Source: Nanopusillaceae archaeon (GTDB lineage Archaea; Nanobdellota; Nanobdellia; Nanobdellales; Nanobdellaceae). Taken from it: DNA of 28,936 nt. This document shows positions 1 through 8,919 of this stretch, piece after piece. Under the pieces are notes generated by a model, which was not told the DNA's origin, made no database searches, and was given only the letters and a program-made list of their open reading frames with translations. Every line of letters starts with the position of its first letter. Position 1 is the stretch's first letter. The stretch lies in the NCBI GenBank assembly GCA_049973735.1, contig JBMFJL010000003.1, forward strand, positions 1 through 28,936, read 5' to 3'. Both the position numbers and the translations under genes were made by a program.

Positions 1-869
1 TATGCTTTCTGCACACCATATACTATATGTATTATATCCGAAATAGAATCCAAGAACAGTAAATCATGATCTATGATCACTATTGAATCGTTTTCTTTTA
101 AATCATTTAAACTATCAAGTATTCTTAATCTTTCATATATATCAAGGTAATTTGTTATTTCATCTATTAACAAAAGATTGTGCTCTTTATTTATTGTATA
201 AATATATATTACCTTTTGTAATTCTCCACCTGACAAATTTTCAATTTTTCTATCCAAAATATTTTTTATTTCAAATTTTTCAGATGTTTCATCCAGATTT
301 TTTACAACTTTTGATAAAAAGTCCCTAACTGTCATATCCTTAAACATTTTTCTTATTTGAAGTATATTTTGTGGTTTATATGATATCTTCACTTCATTAC
401 TATATAATTTTTCAAAATATTTTTGTAGTTCTGATCCTCTAAAAAATCTAATTATTTCTTTATCTTCAAATTTTTTATTAAATTCTCCGAAATTTGGTCT
501 TAATAATCCTGCTAATATGTTTATCGCTGTACTTTTTCCCATTCCATTTCTACCAATTATTCCAACAACACCCTTTTCCTTTATAATTGGCAGTTTATAC
601 AATCTAAATGTATTTGGTCCATATTGAAATACTGGCTTTTCATCAGGTTCTTTTACAAGATTTATAATTATTATAGCATTGAAAGGACATTTTTTAACAC
701 AAATACCACAACCAATGCAATAACCCTCATCTATAGCAGGTTTTTTATCTTGTAAAATGCTGAATATCTTTATATTATTTTTTTGTATTGGACAGACTTT
801 CATACATATATAATCACATTTTTCAGGAGCCTTACATCTATCCCTATCAATTACTGCAATTCTTTTCAT
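1..869 (-). CDS. ABCE1 / RNase L inhibitor-type ABC ATPase (ribosome recycling factor), N-terminal part. The CDS starts at 869 and runs off the window at 1.
   Basis: My own minus-strand translation from the ATG at 869-867 gives MKRIAVIDRDRCKAPEKCDYICMKVCP...CIGCGICVKKCP (two 4Fe-4S cysteine clusters). It continues with Walker A GIIGRNGMGKST, signature LSGGELQK and Walker B LLLIDE. It is absent from the ORF track because it has no stop in the window. Its ATG overlaps the upstream gene's TGA stop (ATGA, 866-869). Confidence 0.9.
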   Translation of the reverse strand, partial: MKRIAVIDRDRCKAPEKCDYICMKVCPIQKNNIKIFSILQDKKPAIDEGYCIGCGICVKKCPFNAIIIINLVKEPDEKPVFQYGPNTFRLYKLPIIKEKGVVGIIGRNGMGKSTAINILAGLLRPNFGEFNKKFEDKEIIRFFRGSELQKYFEKLYSNEVKISYKPQNILQIRKMFKDMTVRDFLSKVVKNLDETSEKFEIKNILDRKIENLSGGELQKVIYIYTINKEHNLLLIDEITNYLDIYERLRILDSLNDLKENDSIVIIDHDLLFLDSISDIIHIVYGVQKA

Positions 870-2671
870 TCTAATTTTATTTCTATTTTCTTATTTGTAT
901 TTATTGCATCCTCTATAATTTTACCTATATCGCTATCTCTGTCAAAAACAACATTTCCCTTTTTATTTGTTTTAAATTTCCCTATTAATTTACCTCCAAC
1001 AAAAATATTAACTGTTCTCTTTTTAAATAAGCTATTCAATTTGATAACAATATTTTTATCCATTATTTCATATTCATATGGTATAGAACCTTCAGTAACA
1101 CTTTCCAATGGTTTTATATCAATTCTTATTCCATATTTATCTCTTAAACTCAGCAAGTAAGATCTTTCATATCTTACAAATTTCTTTTTCATATTTCTAG
1201 GAACATAAAATGTTATCTTATCCAACTCAACATCTACAATAATATCATTATATCTTCTCCTAAAATCACTATTCAATATATCTTCCAAGTATTTTTGTAT
1301 ACCTATTTTCCTTGATACTTTTTTAACCGGTATTACCATTATTTCCTCACCAAATGTATATATTTCATATTCTATCTGGTTTGTATAAAAATCTCTAACT
1401 TCAACAACTGGTCTAGCTAGATCTTCCTCCTTTAATCCATGTGGTGTTTTAACTGTCAAATTCAAATAATAAACTTTCTCTACATTTCCCTTATCAATAT
1501 ATATTATCGTATCTATTATTTGTGGAATCAAACCAAGATCTGTTCTAGATAAGAATCTATGTATTATATCTATTGGTCTTTCAGCATGAGCTACACCAAC
1601 CATACCAATACCGGCAAGTCTAAGATCTATATATATTTTGAAGTCATCTGTATTTCTCATTTCATCAAAAATAACATAATCTGGTCTTGATAATAATAAA
1701 ATATCGTGTAATTCGTTCTTATCAGAAGCATTTTTAGAATATTGGATTATATCTTTTGGTAATAATAAATCTCTTGGTGCTTCTATTGTTTTTACTATCT
1801 TATTTTGGGATAGATAAAATTCTGCTAATGCTTGTGCAAATGTTGTTTTTCCAGAACCTGGTTTTCCAACAATAATTATACCCTCTGCCTTTTCCTTCAA
1901 TCTATTTAATAATTTTTCCGGTAATTTGTAATCTTCTATTCTTAATACTTTCGTTGGCCTTACTATAGTTATTTCATAACTATCTGATAAAGGTGGCTTT
2001 ACAATTACAATCCTTAATAAACCAATTTGTACTATAATACTGTCTCTTCTTTCCTTTTCTATGAAAGAGTCTGTCCTATTTCTTGAAATATACAATATTT
2101 CATCTATAAGATTTTCTATTTTTTCTCTATCATATATTATGTCGATTTCTTCTAAAAACCATTCTCCTGGTTTTCCTCTCTTTCTTTTTACTCGAACTCC
2201 CTCTATAATATGGACTGATATTGTATCATCTGTAAATAAATTTAAAAATGAAGGATTTTCTACAGAGAAATTTTGTTTTTCTATATAAATACATTTTACA
2301 TTATATGCTTTTGCAGTTTCATATAATATTCTATCTGATGTTATCAGAACAGCATTATTTTCTATTGCTATCTTCATAATTAGATAATCTATATATCCTG
2401 ATTTAGCTAGTTTTATTTGCTCTAAAGTTGGCTTTTCACCATAAATATGTACTTTAAAGCCATAAATTTCTGATAATTCTCTTATTTTTTGCACCTCCTT
2501 TAGCCCAATAATCCCTTTTTCTAAACCTTTATTAGCCTGAGCTTGTAATTCATCCAAAGCTGGCAAAGGAATTATAACCTCTTTTACAGATATTTTATTA
2601 TTTTGTAAAGATTCTGATAAAAATCTATCTATTAATATTGAAGTATCTAAAACTACTTTATCTAAGTTCAT
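866..2671 (-). CDS. PIN-domain / PilT-family ATPase with a C-terminal KH-like region (archaeal COG1855-type). Probably RNA-related, not a pilus motor.
   Basis: 601 aa. The N-terminal VLDTSILIDR... is PIN-like. Walker A is GKPGSGKTT, followed by a FDEMR Walker B-like motif. Domain order matches the conserved archaeal PIN-ATPase-KH protein, recognised from memory. Confidence 0.7.
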   Translation of the reverse strand: MNLDKVVLDTSILIDRFLSESLQNNKISVKEVIIPLPALDELQAQANKGLEKGIIGLKEVQKIRELSEIYGFKVHIYGEKPTLEQIKLAKSGYIDYLIMKIAIENNAVLITSDRILYETAKAYNVKCIYIEKQNFSVENPSFLNLFTDDTISVHIIEGVRVKRKRGKPGEWFLEEIDIIYDREKIENLIDEILYISRNRTDSFIEKERRDSIIVQIGLLRIVIVKPPLSDSYEITIVRPTKVLRIEDYKLPEKLLNRLKEKAEGIIIVGKPGSGKTTFAQALAEFYLSQNKIVKTIEAPRDLLLPKDIIQYSKNASDKNELHDILLLSRPDYVIFDEMRNTDDFKIYIDLRLAGIGMVGVAHAERPIDIIHRFLSRTDLGLIPQIIDTIIYIDKGNVEKVYYLNLTVKTPHGLKEEDLARPVVEVRDFYTNQIEYEIYTFGEEIMVIPVKKVSRKIGIQKYLEDILNSDFRRRYNDIIVDVELDKITFYVPRNMKKKFVRYERSYLLSLRDKYGIRIDIKPLESVTEGSIPYEYEIMDKNIVIKLNSLFKKRTVNIFVGGKLIGKFKTNKKGNVVFDRDSDIGKIIEDAINTNKKIEIKLE

Positions 2672-2939
2672 TAATTATTTTACTATATTCTTTTTTAAAT
2701 TCTTTTATTCTTTCTAAAGCCCTTTTTGAAGCTTCTATAAATGCTTCTCTAGCCTTTTCTTTGCCATTTGTCCTTATGTAAAAATATATATTTTTTAATA
2801 AAGGATGGTCTTCTTTCCACGCTGAAATTAATACATTCTTATCCTTATCTAATTCCTCTTTTATAAGCATAAATACTGTTGGCTTTTCATTTTCAAATAC
2901 TATTTCCAATTCATCATCAGATTCCTTTATTATTTTCAT
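2658..2939 (-). CDS. rpoL: DNA-directed RNA polymerase subunit L (Rpo11)
   Basis: 93 aa. The pattern ELEIVFENEKPTVFMLIKEEL...ISAWKEDHPLL...IRTNGKEKAREAFIEA aligns with archaeal RpoL (LELEIEGEDHTLGNLL...Y..HPL...I.T.G). It overlaps the downstream gene by 14 nt. Confidence 0.75.
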   Translation of the reverse strand: MKIIKESDDELEIVFENEKPTVFMLIKEELDKDKNVLISAWKEDHPLLKNIYFYIRTNGKEKAREAFIEASKRALERIKEFKKEYSKIINELR

Positions 2940-2965
2940 ACAAAAATATTATTTAGATGAAATTT

Positions 2966-4600
2966 TTATATTACTTTATCTCTTATTTTATGAAGTGAAT
3001 AATCAAATAAGTTAAGTGCTAAGACAGAACCATCCTTTATATTTCTCAAAAATAAAATTCCAGGTATGGGTTTATGTCCTATCTCTATCTGATATGGAGT
3101 TATATCTTGAAATGTAGATGAATTAACTAAATCTATTCCTTTATATTCATTATATGTTGCTCTATGAATATGTCCTGTATGAAATATATCTGGTACTTCA
3201 TCAATAACTAAAGGATCTTCATTGAAATATGGAACATATGCTGTAGATCCATGAGAAGGATTCAATAATCTTAACATTAATAAAAATTTCATCAATTCAC
3301 CAGGATTTTCATATCCTCCCTTTTCTCTAAGTATTTGTATTTGAGATACTAACCAGTCCAATACATAACCATGATACATTAAAACAGTTAAAGAATCATG
3401 AACTTTTATATAGGATGGATTTGACAAAAAGAAAATATTTTTCATTTTGTATGCTTCCTCCAATAAACTCTTTGGTAAGGGTGGTTGTGGCTCTGCCAAT
3501 CTTGGTATATCATGATTTCCTGGGATTAATGCAACTTTTATTTCTTCAGGAATCTTTAATAAATATTCTTCGAATTTTTTATACTGTTCTTCATATGTTT
3601 TTAAAACTAACTCAGATTCTTGTGACGGATATATTCCTACGCCATCAACATTATCTCCTATAATTAATACATAGCCAATTTTCCTTGATAAATTATCTAA
3701 ATTACTATTTCCTGTTTTAGCATTGAGGAATCTTATAAATCTGTCAAAGAGTATATCTATTGTATGTCTATTTCCAACTTGCCAATCACCAGTAAATAAT
3801 ATATATACATCTTCTTCACCGTATGTTTTTATTTTCTTTATTGGTACATCTGGATAAATAACCTTAGTTGCAAAGAAAAGATCTTTATCTTTATTGTATC
3901 TTCCATAGAAGCCTATTACAGAATCTAAAGGTATATCTTTAACTAATTTGAAATCTATTTCTTCTGAGTTTTTGTCTACAAAAACTTTTAACTTTTTATT
4001 ACCATCTTCTATTATAAATATAATTCCTTTGTCTGTTAATCTTTTATCATATATTATTCCAGCAATTCCAACATCCTCTTTCTCCGGAATTTTATCTAAA
4101 GGATATATTGTTTTTAATTCATTATGTTCTTTTAAGATTTTTTTAATTTTATTTAATCTTGCTTTATAATACGAAACCCATGTTGTAATATCTATTTTAT
4201 TTTTCTGTACATCAAATTTCTTTAATACATTTATTTTTCTATTTATTTTTTCAACCTCTTCTATTTTTGTTTCAATTTCTTCACCAATTCTTCTCTTCTT
4301 TTCTTCATGTATTTCGACTATTTCTTTGTTTATCTGAACCAAAACCTCTTTTTTACTTGATATAAATGACAATATTCCTCTTTTTTCTTCTTTTTTTTCT
4401 ATTTTTATTTCTTCTTTTTTATTTCCTAATATTTCATTTAAAAAATTCTCATCTAATATTTTGATATTTTTTTGAATTGCAATATCCCTTATTTTATATA
4501 TCAAAGATTCGTCTAACTCTTCTAATTTTTTTATTATATTTGGAGTAATAAAAATATCATGTTGAATTGTCAATATTTCTATTATTTTTTCTCTTTTCAT
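2966..4600 (-). CDS. DNA polymerase II (PolD) small subunit DP1
   Basis: 544 aa. Calcineurin-type phosphoesterase motifs are present: GDWQVG, IIGDNVDGVGIYP, GNHD, HTGHIH. The N-terminal region is K/E-rich. It sits immediately downstream of cdc6 with an ATGA overlap, as in euryarchaeal oriC-cdc6-dp1 loci. Confidence 0.9.
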   Translation of the reverse strand: MKREKIIEILTIQHDIFITPNIIKKLEELDESLIYKIRDIAIQKNIKILDENFLNEILGNKKEEIKIEKKEEKRGILSFISSKKEVLVQINKEIVEIHEEKKRRIGEEIETKIEEVEKINRKINVLKKFDVQKNKIDITTWVSYYKARLNKIKKILKEHNELKTIYPLDKIPEKEDVGIAGIIYDKRLTDKGIIFIIEDGNKKLKVFVDKNSEEIDFKLVKDIPLDSVIGFYGRYNKDKDLFFATKVIYPDVPIKKIKTYGEEDVYILFTGDWQVGNRHTIDILFDRFIRFLNAKTGNSNLDNLSRKIGYVLIIGDNVDGVGIYPSQESELVLKTYEEQYKKFEEYLLKIPEEIKVALIPGNHDIPRLAEPQPPLPKSLLEEAYKMKNIFFLSNPSYIKVHDSLTVLMYHGYVLDWLVSQIQILREKGGYENPGELMKFLLMLRLLNPSHGSTAYVPYFNEDPLVIDEVPDIFHTGHIHRATYNEYKGIDLVNSSTFQDITPYQIEIGHKPIPGILFLRNIKDGSVLALNLFDYSLHKIRDKVI

Positions 4601-5817
4601 ATATTCTTTTTTATTTCTTCATACATTTTTAAAAGATTCTCTTGATCTAACAACAATCTCATTATTTTTTTATATCCTTTTCTGCCTTCAGATACGTTGT
4701 GTTGCTCAAATAAATTTCCAAGAACTAATTCAATGGTTTTCAAATTTTTATATACTGTAGTTCTATCTAATGGTTCCAGACCTAACTTCTCCATATTTTT
4801 TACATATTCTTCATATAGTTCTGAAAATGTAACATAATCATTATCAGATTTTAATTGTCTACTTATAAGGCTAAATAATATTATTTTCTGATTTCTATTC
4901 AGTTGATAAACTACAGATTTTATTATATCTAAATCTATATTTTCAAAAGCCTCTTTTATATCTTCTATCTCTATTTTTTCTTTTCCTTTAGCAGATACAA
5001 TCATTGCAGACAATTTTAATATATTTATTGCAACTCTAGCATCGCCTGATGTCTTTGCAACCCTTGCAGCAATAAAGTTTATTCCCTCCTCAGAAATAGA
5101 GCCTGGAACTAATGCTTTTTCTGCCCTGTCTTTTAATATTTCTTTCAGTTGATAATAGTCGTATGGTGGGAAGTTGACAAAATACATTGAAGAAAGAGAA
5201 GATCTTACTCTTGGATCAATACTATTTACAAATGTTATGTTATTTGAAACAAAAATTAATTTAATGTTGTTATCACTATTCCTTAATAAAATGTATAGCA
5301 ATTCTGATATATTTTCTTTATTTAAAATATGATCTGCTTCATCTAATATTATCAATAGTTTGTTATCATTTTCAGATACAAATCTAAAGACTCTTTCTAT
5401 TAGTTCTTGTTTCCTTTCTCCTGTTTTTACAAATGTATTGGTTATACTCTCATATATTCTTTTAAATAAGTAATAATCTGTATCTTTTGATGATATAAAT
5501 TTACAATTTACATAAGCTACTTTTAACTTTATTTTATTTCTAATACTGATTGTATTTAATCCATTATTCAATATTTTTACAAGAGTTGTTTTTCCAGTAC
5601 CAGTGCTACCATATAAAAACATATTAGAACCCATTCCAAATTTTATAAACTGTCCGATATTGAAAAAAATCATTTCTTTTTGTGTATCTCTAAATTTTAT
5701 ATCTTCCGGAATATATTCTTCGTTAAAATACCTTGAATCTTTTATAATTTTGCTTTTTTTATCTATATATTTATTAAAGTCTGATAAAAAATAGTCTATT
5801 ATAGAATTTGTTGTCAT
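4597..5817 (-). CDS. cdc6: Orc1/Cdc6 replication initiator
   Basis: 406 aa. AAA+ Walker A is GSTGTGKTT and Walker B is ILDEADHI. SGDARVAINILK is the sensor-2 region. The C-terminal part is winged-helix-like. Confidence 0.9.
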   Translation of the reverse strand: MTTNSIIDYFLSDFNKYIDKKSKIIKDSRYFNEEYIPEDIKFRDTQKEMIFFNIGQFIKFGMGSNMFLYGSTGTGKTTLVKILNNGLNTISIRNKIKLKVAYVNCKFISSKDTDYYLFKRIYESITNTFVKTGERKQELIERVFRFVSENDNKLLIILDEADHILNKENISELLYILLRNSDNNIKLIFVSNNITFVNSIDPRVRSSLSSMYFVNFPPYDYYQLKEILKDRAEKALVPGSISEEGINFIAARVAKTSGDARVAINILKLSAMIVSAKGKEKIEIEDIKEAFENIDLDIIKSVVYQLNRNQKIILFSLISRQLKSDNDYVTFSELYEEYVKNMEKLGLEPLDRTTVYKNLKTIELVLGNLFEQHNVSEGRKGYKKIMRLLLDQENLLKMYEEIKKNI

Positions 5818-6154
5818 AATATCTTATTTTTCAAAAAATTTTTAAAGAAAACCCTTTAAAGCGTTTAAAAATAAATATAAATTTCTTTTTTTGGTCAAAT
5901 CCATTTATTTTAAATAAAAACATACTAATTCCCTTGCAAAATATCCTAAACTGCTTGCTATCTTATAATAATAATATCTTTCATTGTGTTTAAAAATATT
6001 GATTATCAATAATTTTTATATATCGGATATATAAATTTTTCGGTACACCCTATTCAAACTGAAACATCTTATCTTATATTTGTCATAATTATAATACCAC
6101 TAAAAAGTAGTAATATATATTTTTCAGATTTGCTATAGAAAAGATTTCCACTTA
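5818..6154. other. Candidate replication origin (oriC): non-coding AT-rich region upstream of cdc6
   Basis: This is the longest non-coding stretch in the window (337 bp) and lies directly 5' of cdc6-dp1. It contains the inverted repeat TATATC-g-GATATA (6018-6030) and TTTAAA-gcg-TTTAAA (about 5856-5870). Two same-orientation copies of an AGTGG-containing motif occur: rc of 6144-6152 is AGTGGAAAT and rc of 6095-6101 is AGTGGTA. These resemble the AGTGGAAA core of archaeal ORB elements. Confidence 0.35.
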
Positions 6155-7174
6155 TCATAAGGTGTCTCTTCTATATTTTTCACCAATATTTTCTTTAACT
6201 ATTCTTTTTAATTTTTCTAATAATTCTTTTTCATCCATTTTTTTGACAATGTTTTCATATTTTTCAAAAGATTTTACTATTACGAAATTTTTTAAATCTA
6301 AAAAATCTGTAACAATATATATATTAGAGGAATAATTTTTTATAAATTCTAAATCTTCTCTTTTTACAAAAAAGATGGTTTTACTAGAAATATATCTTTT
6401 AATATATTCTTCATTTTTTTCATCTAAAAATATTCTTTTTCCATTTAGGTTATTTAAATATAAGAAAGATATCTTTGGTACTATTATGTCATTTTCTTTT
6501 AATCTGTTAAAAAGTTCTATTGATAATTTATTATAATTTTCTAATAATTCTATATATTTTTTGTTTAATTCTTCAATTTTCTTTTTTTCTTCTTGCTCTA
6601 TTTTATTTCTCACAATTATTTCTATCCTTTCCACAAGCTTCTTTTTATTTATTTTCTTTTTTCTTTTTCTTTTAATTTCTTCTCTTCTATAATTATCTTT
6701 TTCTAAAATGTTTTTTGCTGCAAAAGGTTCTATATTTCTATTTTTTAGTGTGATTTTCAATATATTTATATATTCATTTTGATCTTTGGCAATTTTTTTA
6801 GCCTTGTTAAATATTTCTTTTAAATTTTTTAATGCTTCTGAAGCAGAAATATATGCATCAAATTCATGATTATTTTCTAATATATTCTTTAAATTTGGAT
6901 TTTCGTAATATTCTTTCTTAGTTATTATATCTATATCTTCCTTAGGATAATAAATCCCAATATTCAACTTAGATGAAATTTCCATAACTTTTTTTGGTAT
7001 CTTATTCTTATCTGTTGCGATTAGAACAACATTATTTAATTCTTTTAAAAACTTTATAATTTCTTTTTCTTCTATATTTTTTCCACTAAGTTTCTTAACT
7101 ATATTATAATTTTCATCTATAACTACCAAAGCAAAATTTGTTCCTGGATCTATACCTGCGATGTACGCTTCCAA
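6155..7174 (-). CDS. DUF460/COG2433-like archaeal protein: RNase H-fold N-terminus plus K/E-rich coiled coil
   Basis: 339 aa. The N-terminal IAGIDPGTNFALVVIDENYNIV...VLIATDKNKIPKKV...NHEFDAYISASEA matches the conserved DUF460 pattern (GIDPG...A.D...P..V...N.HERDA) as I remember it. The middle region is lysine/glutamate-rich. Confidence 0.5.
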   Translation of the reverse strand: MEAYIAGIDPGTNFALVVIDENYNIVKKLSGKNIEEKEIIKFLKELNNVVLIATDKNKIPKKVMEISSKLNIGIYYPKEDIDIITKKEYYENPNLKNILENNHEFDAYISASEALKNLKEIFNKAKKIAKDQNEYINILKITLKNRNIEPFAAKNILEKDNYRREEIKRKRKKKINKKKLVERIEIIVRNKIEQEEKKKIEELNKKYIELLENYNKLSIELFNRLKENDIIVPKISFLYLNNLNGKRIFLDEKNEEYIKRYISSKTIFFVKREDLEFIKNYSSNIYIVTDFLDLKNFVIVKSFEKYENIVKKMDEKELLEKLKRIVKENIGEKYRRDTL

Positions 7175-7227
7175 TAATATAATGTATGTTAATAATTTTA
7201 TAAAAATATTATGAATAAAATATATTC

Positions 7228-7590
7228 ATGCCAAACGATTGGTCATATTTAGTAGAATTACAAAAGAACAAACCAGGTACTTTAGCAAAAATATTAAAAC
7301 ACAATGCACCAAAATATGTAAAAGAAGAAGTAAACAGACTAATAAAGGAAGGAAAAATTAAGAATATTCAGGAATTAATAGATAAAGCTGTTTCTGAGGG
7401 TAAAGATTTAATATCTGTATTAGAAGAGTATGGAATACAAAATAAAGAGAGAAGATTTGGAAAAGGAGCAATTAGATGTATAATATGTGGATCACATGAT
7501 AGAGTAATAAGAAGATATAATCTAAATATATGTGGAAGATGCTTTAGAGAAATGGCAAAAACAATGGGTTTCTCTGTATTAGGAGAATAA
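7228..7590 (+). CDS. rps14: Ribosomal protein uS14 (zinc-binding type) with a non-canonical N-terminal extension of about 70 aa
   Basis: The C-terminal 49 aa, NKERRFGKGAIRCIICGSHDRVIRRYNLNICGRCFREMAKTMGFSVLGE, is a typical archaeal S14 (CxxC...CxxC). No in-frame ATG/GTG/TTG lies between 7228 and the S14 domain. It abuts rps8 (TAATG). Confidence 0.85.
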   Translation: MPNDWSYLVELQKNKPGTLAKILKHNAPKYVKEEVNRLIKEGKIKNIQELIDKAVSEGKDLISVLEEYGIQNKERRFGKGAIRCIICGSHDRVIRRYNLNICGRCFREMAKTMGFSVLGE

Positions 7591-7964
7591 TGGTTGATAT
7601 AATAAACGATTTCTTATCCCATTTAACAAACAGCATTAATGTAGGAAAAAAAGAGGTAGTATTTAATTATTATAGTAAACTATTGCTAAATGTTTTAGAA
7701 AAAATGAAAGAAAAAGGTTATATTGAGAGTTATGAAGTTGTTGGAAGGAATATAAAAGTAAAAGTATCTGATAGCTTTAACTTTGCAAAAGCGATAAAAC
7801 CAAGATTTCCTGTATCATATAGGGAATTGGAAAAATATGAAAAAAGATATTTGCCAGCAAGAGGTATGGGTATTTTATTAGTATCTACTAGTAAAGGTAT
7901 AAAGACAAATGATGAATGTAAGAAAGAAAAAATAGGCGGCGTTTTAGTAGCAGTAGTTTATTAA
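7590..7964 (+). CDS. rps8: Ribosomal protein uS8
   Basis: 124 aa. The N-terminal DFLSHLTNSINVGKKEV and the C-terminal GILLVSTSKGIKTNDECKKEKIGGVLVAVVY are typical of S8. It follows S14 in the canonical order. Confidence 0.9.
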   Translation: MVDIINDFLSHLTNSINVGKKEVVFNYYSKLLLNVLEKMKEKGYIESYEVVGRNIKVKVSDSFNFAKAIKPRFPVSYRELEKYEKRYLPARGMGILLVSTSKGIKTNDECKKEKIGGVLVAVVY

Positions 7965-7965
7965 T

Positions 7966-8211
7966 TTAAAACTTCTTTAAATATTCTTCTAATTTTTCCT
8001 TTATCTCTTTGTCGTTCAGTAGATTATGAATTTCACTAATTTTTGAGTCTACAGAAAGTATTTTTCTATATAATATTGCTAAAGCGATCCATATTTGTGC
8101 TCTAGCCGGATCATCAGAGTTCATATATACGTCCTTGTATTTTTTAACTTCTTCTAGTAGAGATTTCAAAAAATCTCTTAGTACGGGATCTAGATTATCT
8201 TTCCAGTCCAT
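7966..8211 (-). CDS. Hypothetical small helical protein
   Basis: 81-aa ORF that overlaps the 3' end of rpl18 by 17 nt, so co-transcription is likely. I recognise no family. Confidence 0.4.
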   Translation of the reverse strand: MDWKDNLDPVLRDFLKSLLEEVKKYKDVYMNSDDPARAQIWIALAILYRKILSVDSKISEIHNLLNDKEIKEKLEEYLKKF

Positions 8212-8797
8212 ATTCTTTTAATATTTTCTTTTTAACTTCTTCAAAATGCTCAACAATTTTTTCCGGTTCTAATCCCACTTTTAGATACCTAGAGAATTGT
8301 TTTTTGTATTTTTCCGGATTCTTCTCCTTTAATAATAAAGCATAATTTTTTATATGTTCTCCCCTTATCCTTTCTTCTGATGGCAATATTTCTTCACCAT
8401 GTGGAATTTCTAATCCAGCATCTAATGCTCCTTTTAGTACAGCAAATAAAGAATTTCCTTTTGTTTTTGAATATCTGCCAATATCCAATATTGCTTCATT
8501 AATTCCTCTCTTTTTTGCTTCTAAACCAATGAGTAAACCTACTAAATATGCTGTTGGTAAATTTCCTCTATGACCTTTCCAACCATATTTCTTTTCCAAT
8601 GTTTTAGAATGTACTGTAATCAAGGTTTTATCTCCTCTTTCATCATATTGTATAATTTGTGCTATAAAATTGTTTAAATGTCTCCTTACTACTAATCTTA
8701 GTTTACCAGATTTCAATAACTTTAATCTCTTTCTATAGTCTGTAATATTTTCTCTTCTCCTTCTATATTTTACTACATATCTGGGACCATGAGCCAT
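8195..8797 (-). CDS. rpl18: Ribosomal protein uL18 (L5e family)
   Basis: 200 aa. [49 protein letters not shown] is a typical archaeal L18 N-terminus. Confidence 0.9.
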   Translation of the reverse strand: MAHGPRYVVKYRRRRENITDYRKRLKLLKSGKLRLVVRRHLNNFIAQIIQYDERGDKTLITVHSKTLEKKYGWKGHRGNLPTAYLVGLLIGLEAKKRGINEAILDIGRYSKTKGNSLFAVLKGALDAGLEIPHGEEILPSEERIRGEHIKNYALLLKEKNPEKYKKQFSRYLKVGLEPEKIVEHFEEVKKKILKEYGLER

Positions 8798-8832
8798 TTA
8801 ATTATTATAAATGAAAATAATTTAAAAATAAG

Positions 8833-8916
8833 CGCCGCGGGTGGGATTTGAACCCACGCCCCCTTTCGGGGAATGGATTAGCAATCCATCCCCTTGGGCC
8901 ACTCGGGCACCGCGGC
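8833..8916 (-). tRNA. tRNA-Ser (anticodon GCU), class II with a long variable arm, no intron, no encoded CCA
   Basis: The reverse complement reads GCCGCGG-UG-CCCGAGUGGCCCAAGGGG-AUGGA-UUGCUAA-UCCAU-UCCCCGAAAGGGGGC-GUGGG-UUCAAAU-CCCAC-CCGCGGC-G. The cloverleaf was folded by hand and the anticodon loop is UU-GCU-AA. Confidence 0.9.
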
Positions 8917-8919
8917 ATC

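Noticed and set aside
83-1160. Plus-strand ORFs 83-328 and 783-1160 from the track
   Set aside because: They lie antisense to a clearly recognisable ABCE1 gene and the PIN-ATPase gene. Their low-complexity F/L/I-rich translations are typical of shadow ORFs in AT-rich DNA.
866-2671. The PilT-family ATPase as the motor for the pilin-like operons
   Set aside because: Its domain order (PIN nuclease-like N-terminus, ATPase, KH-like C-terminus) is that of the conserved archaeal RNA-associated COG1855 protein, not a PilB/ArlI secretion ATPase. It sits in an information-processing operon about 8 kb from the nearest pilin-like gene.
4230-4460. Long pyrimidine-rich, repeat-looking tracts (ttcttctttttt...) here and at about 6560-6700, considered as tandem repeats or a CRISPR-like array
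   Set aside because: They are the antisense of K/E-rich low-complexity linkers inside dp1 and the DUF460-like gene. There is no regular repeat-spacer periodicity. No CRISPR array is visible anywhere in the window.
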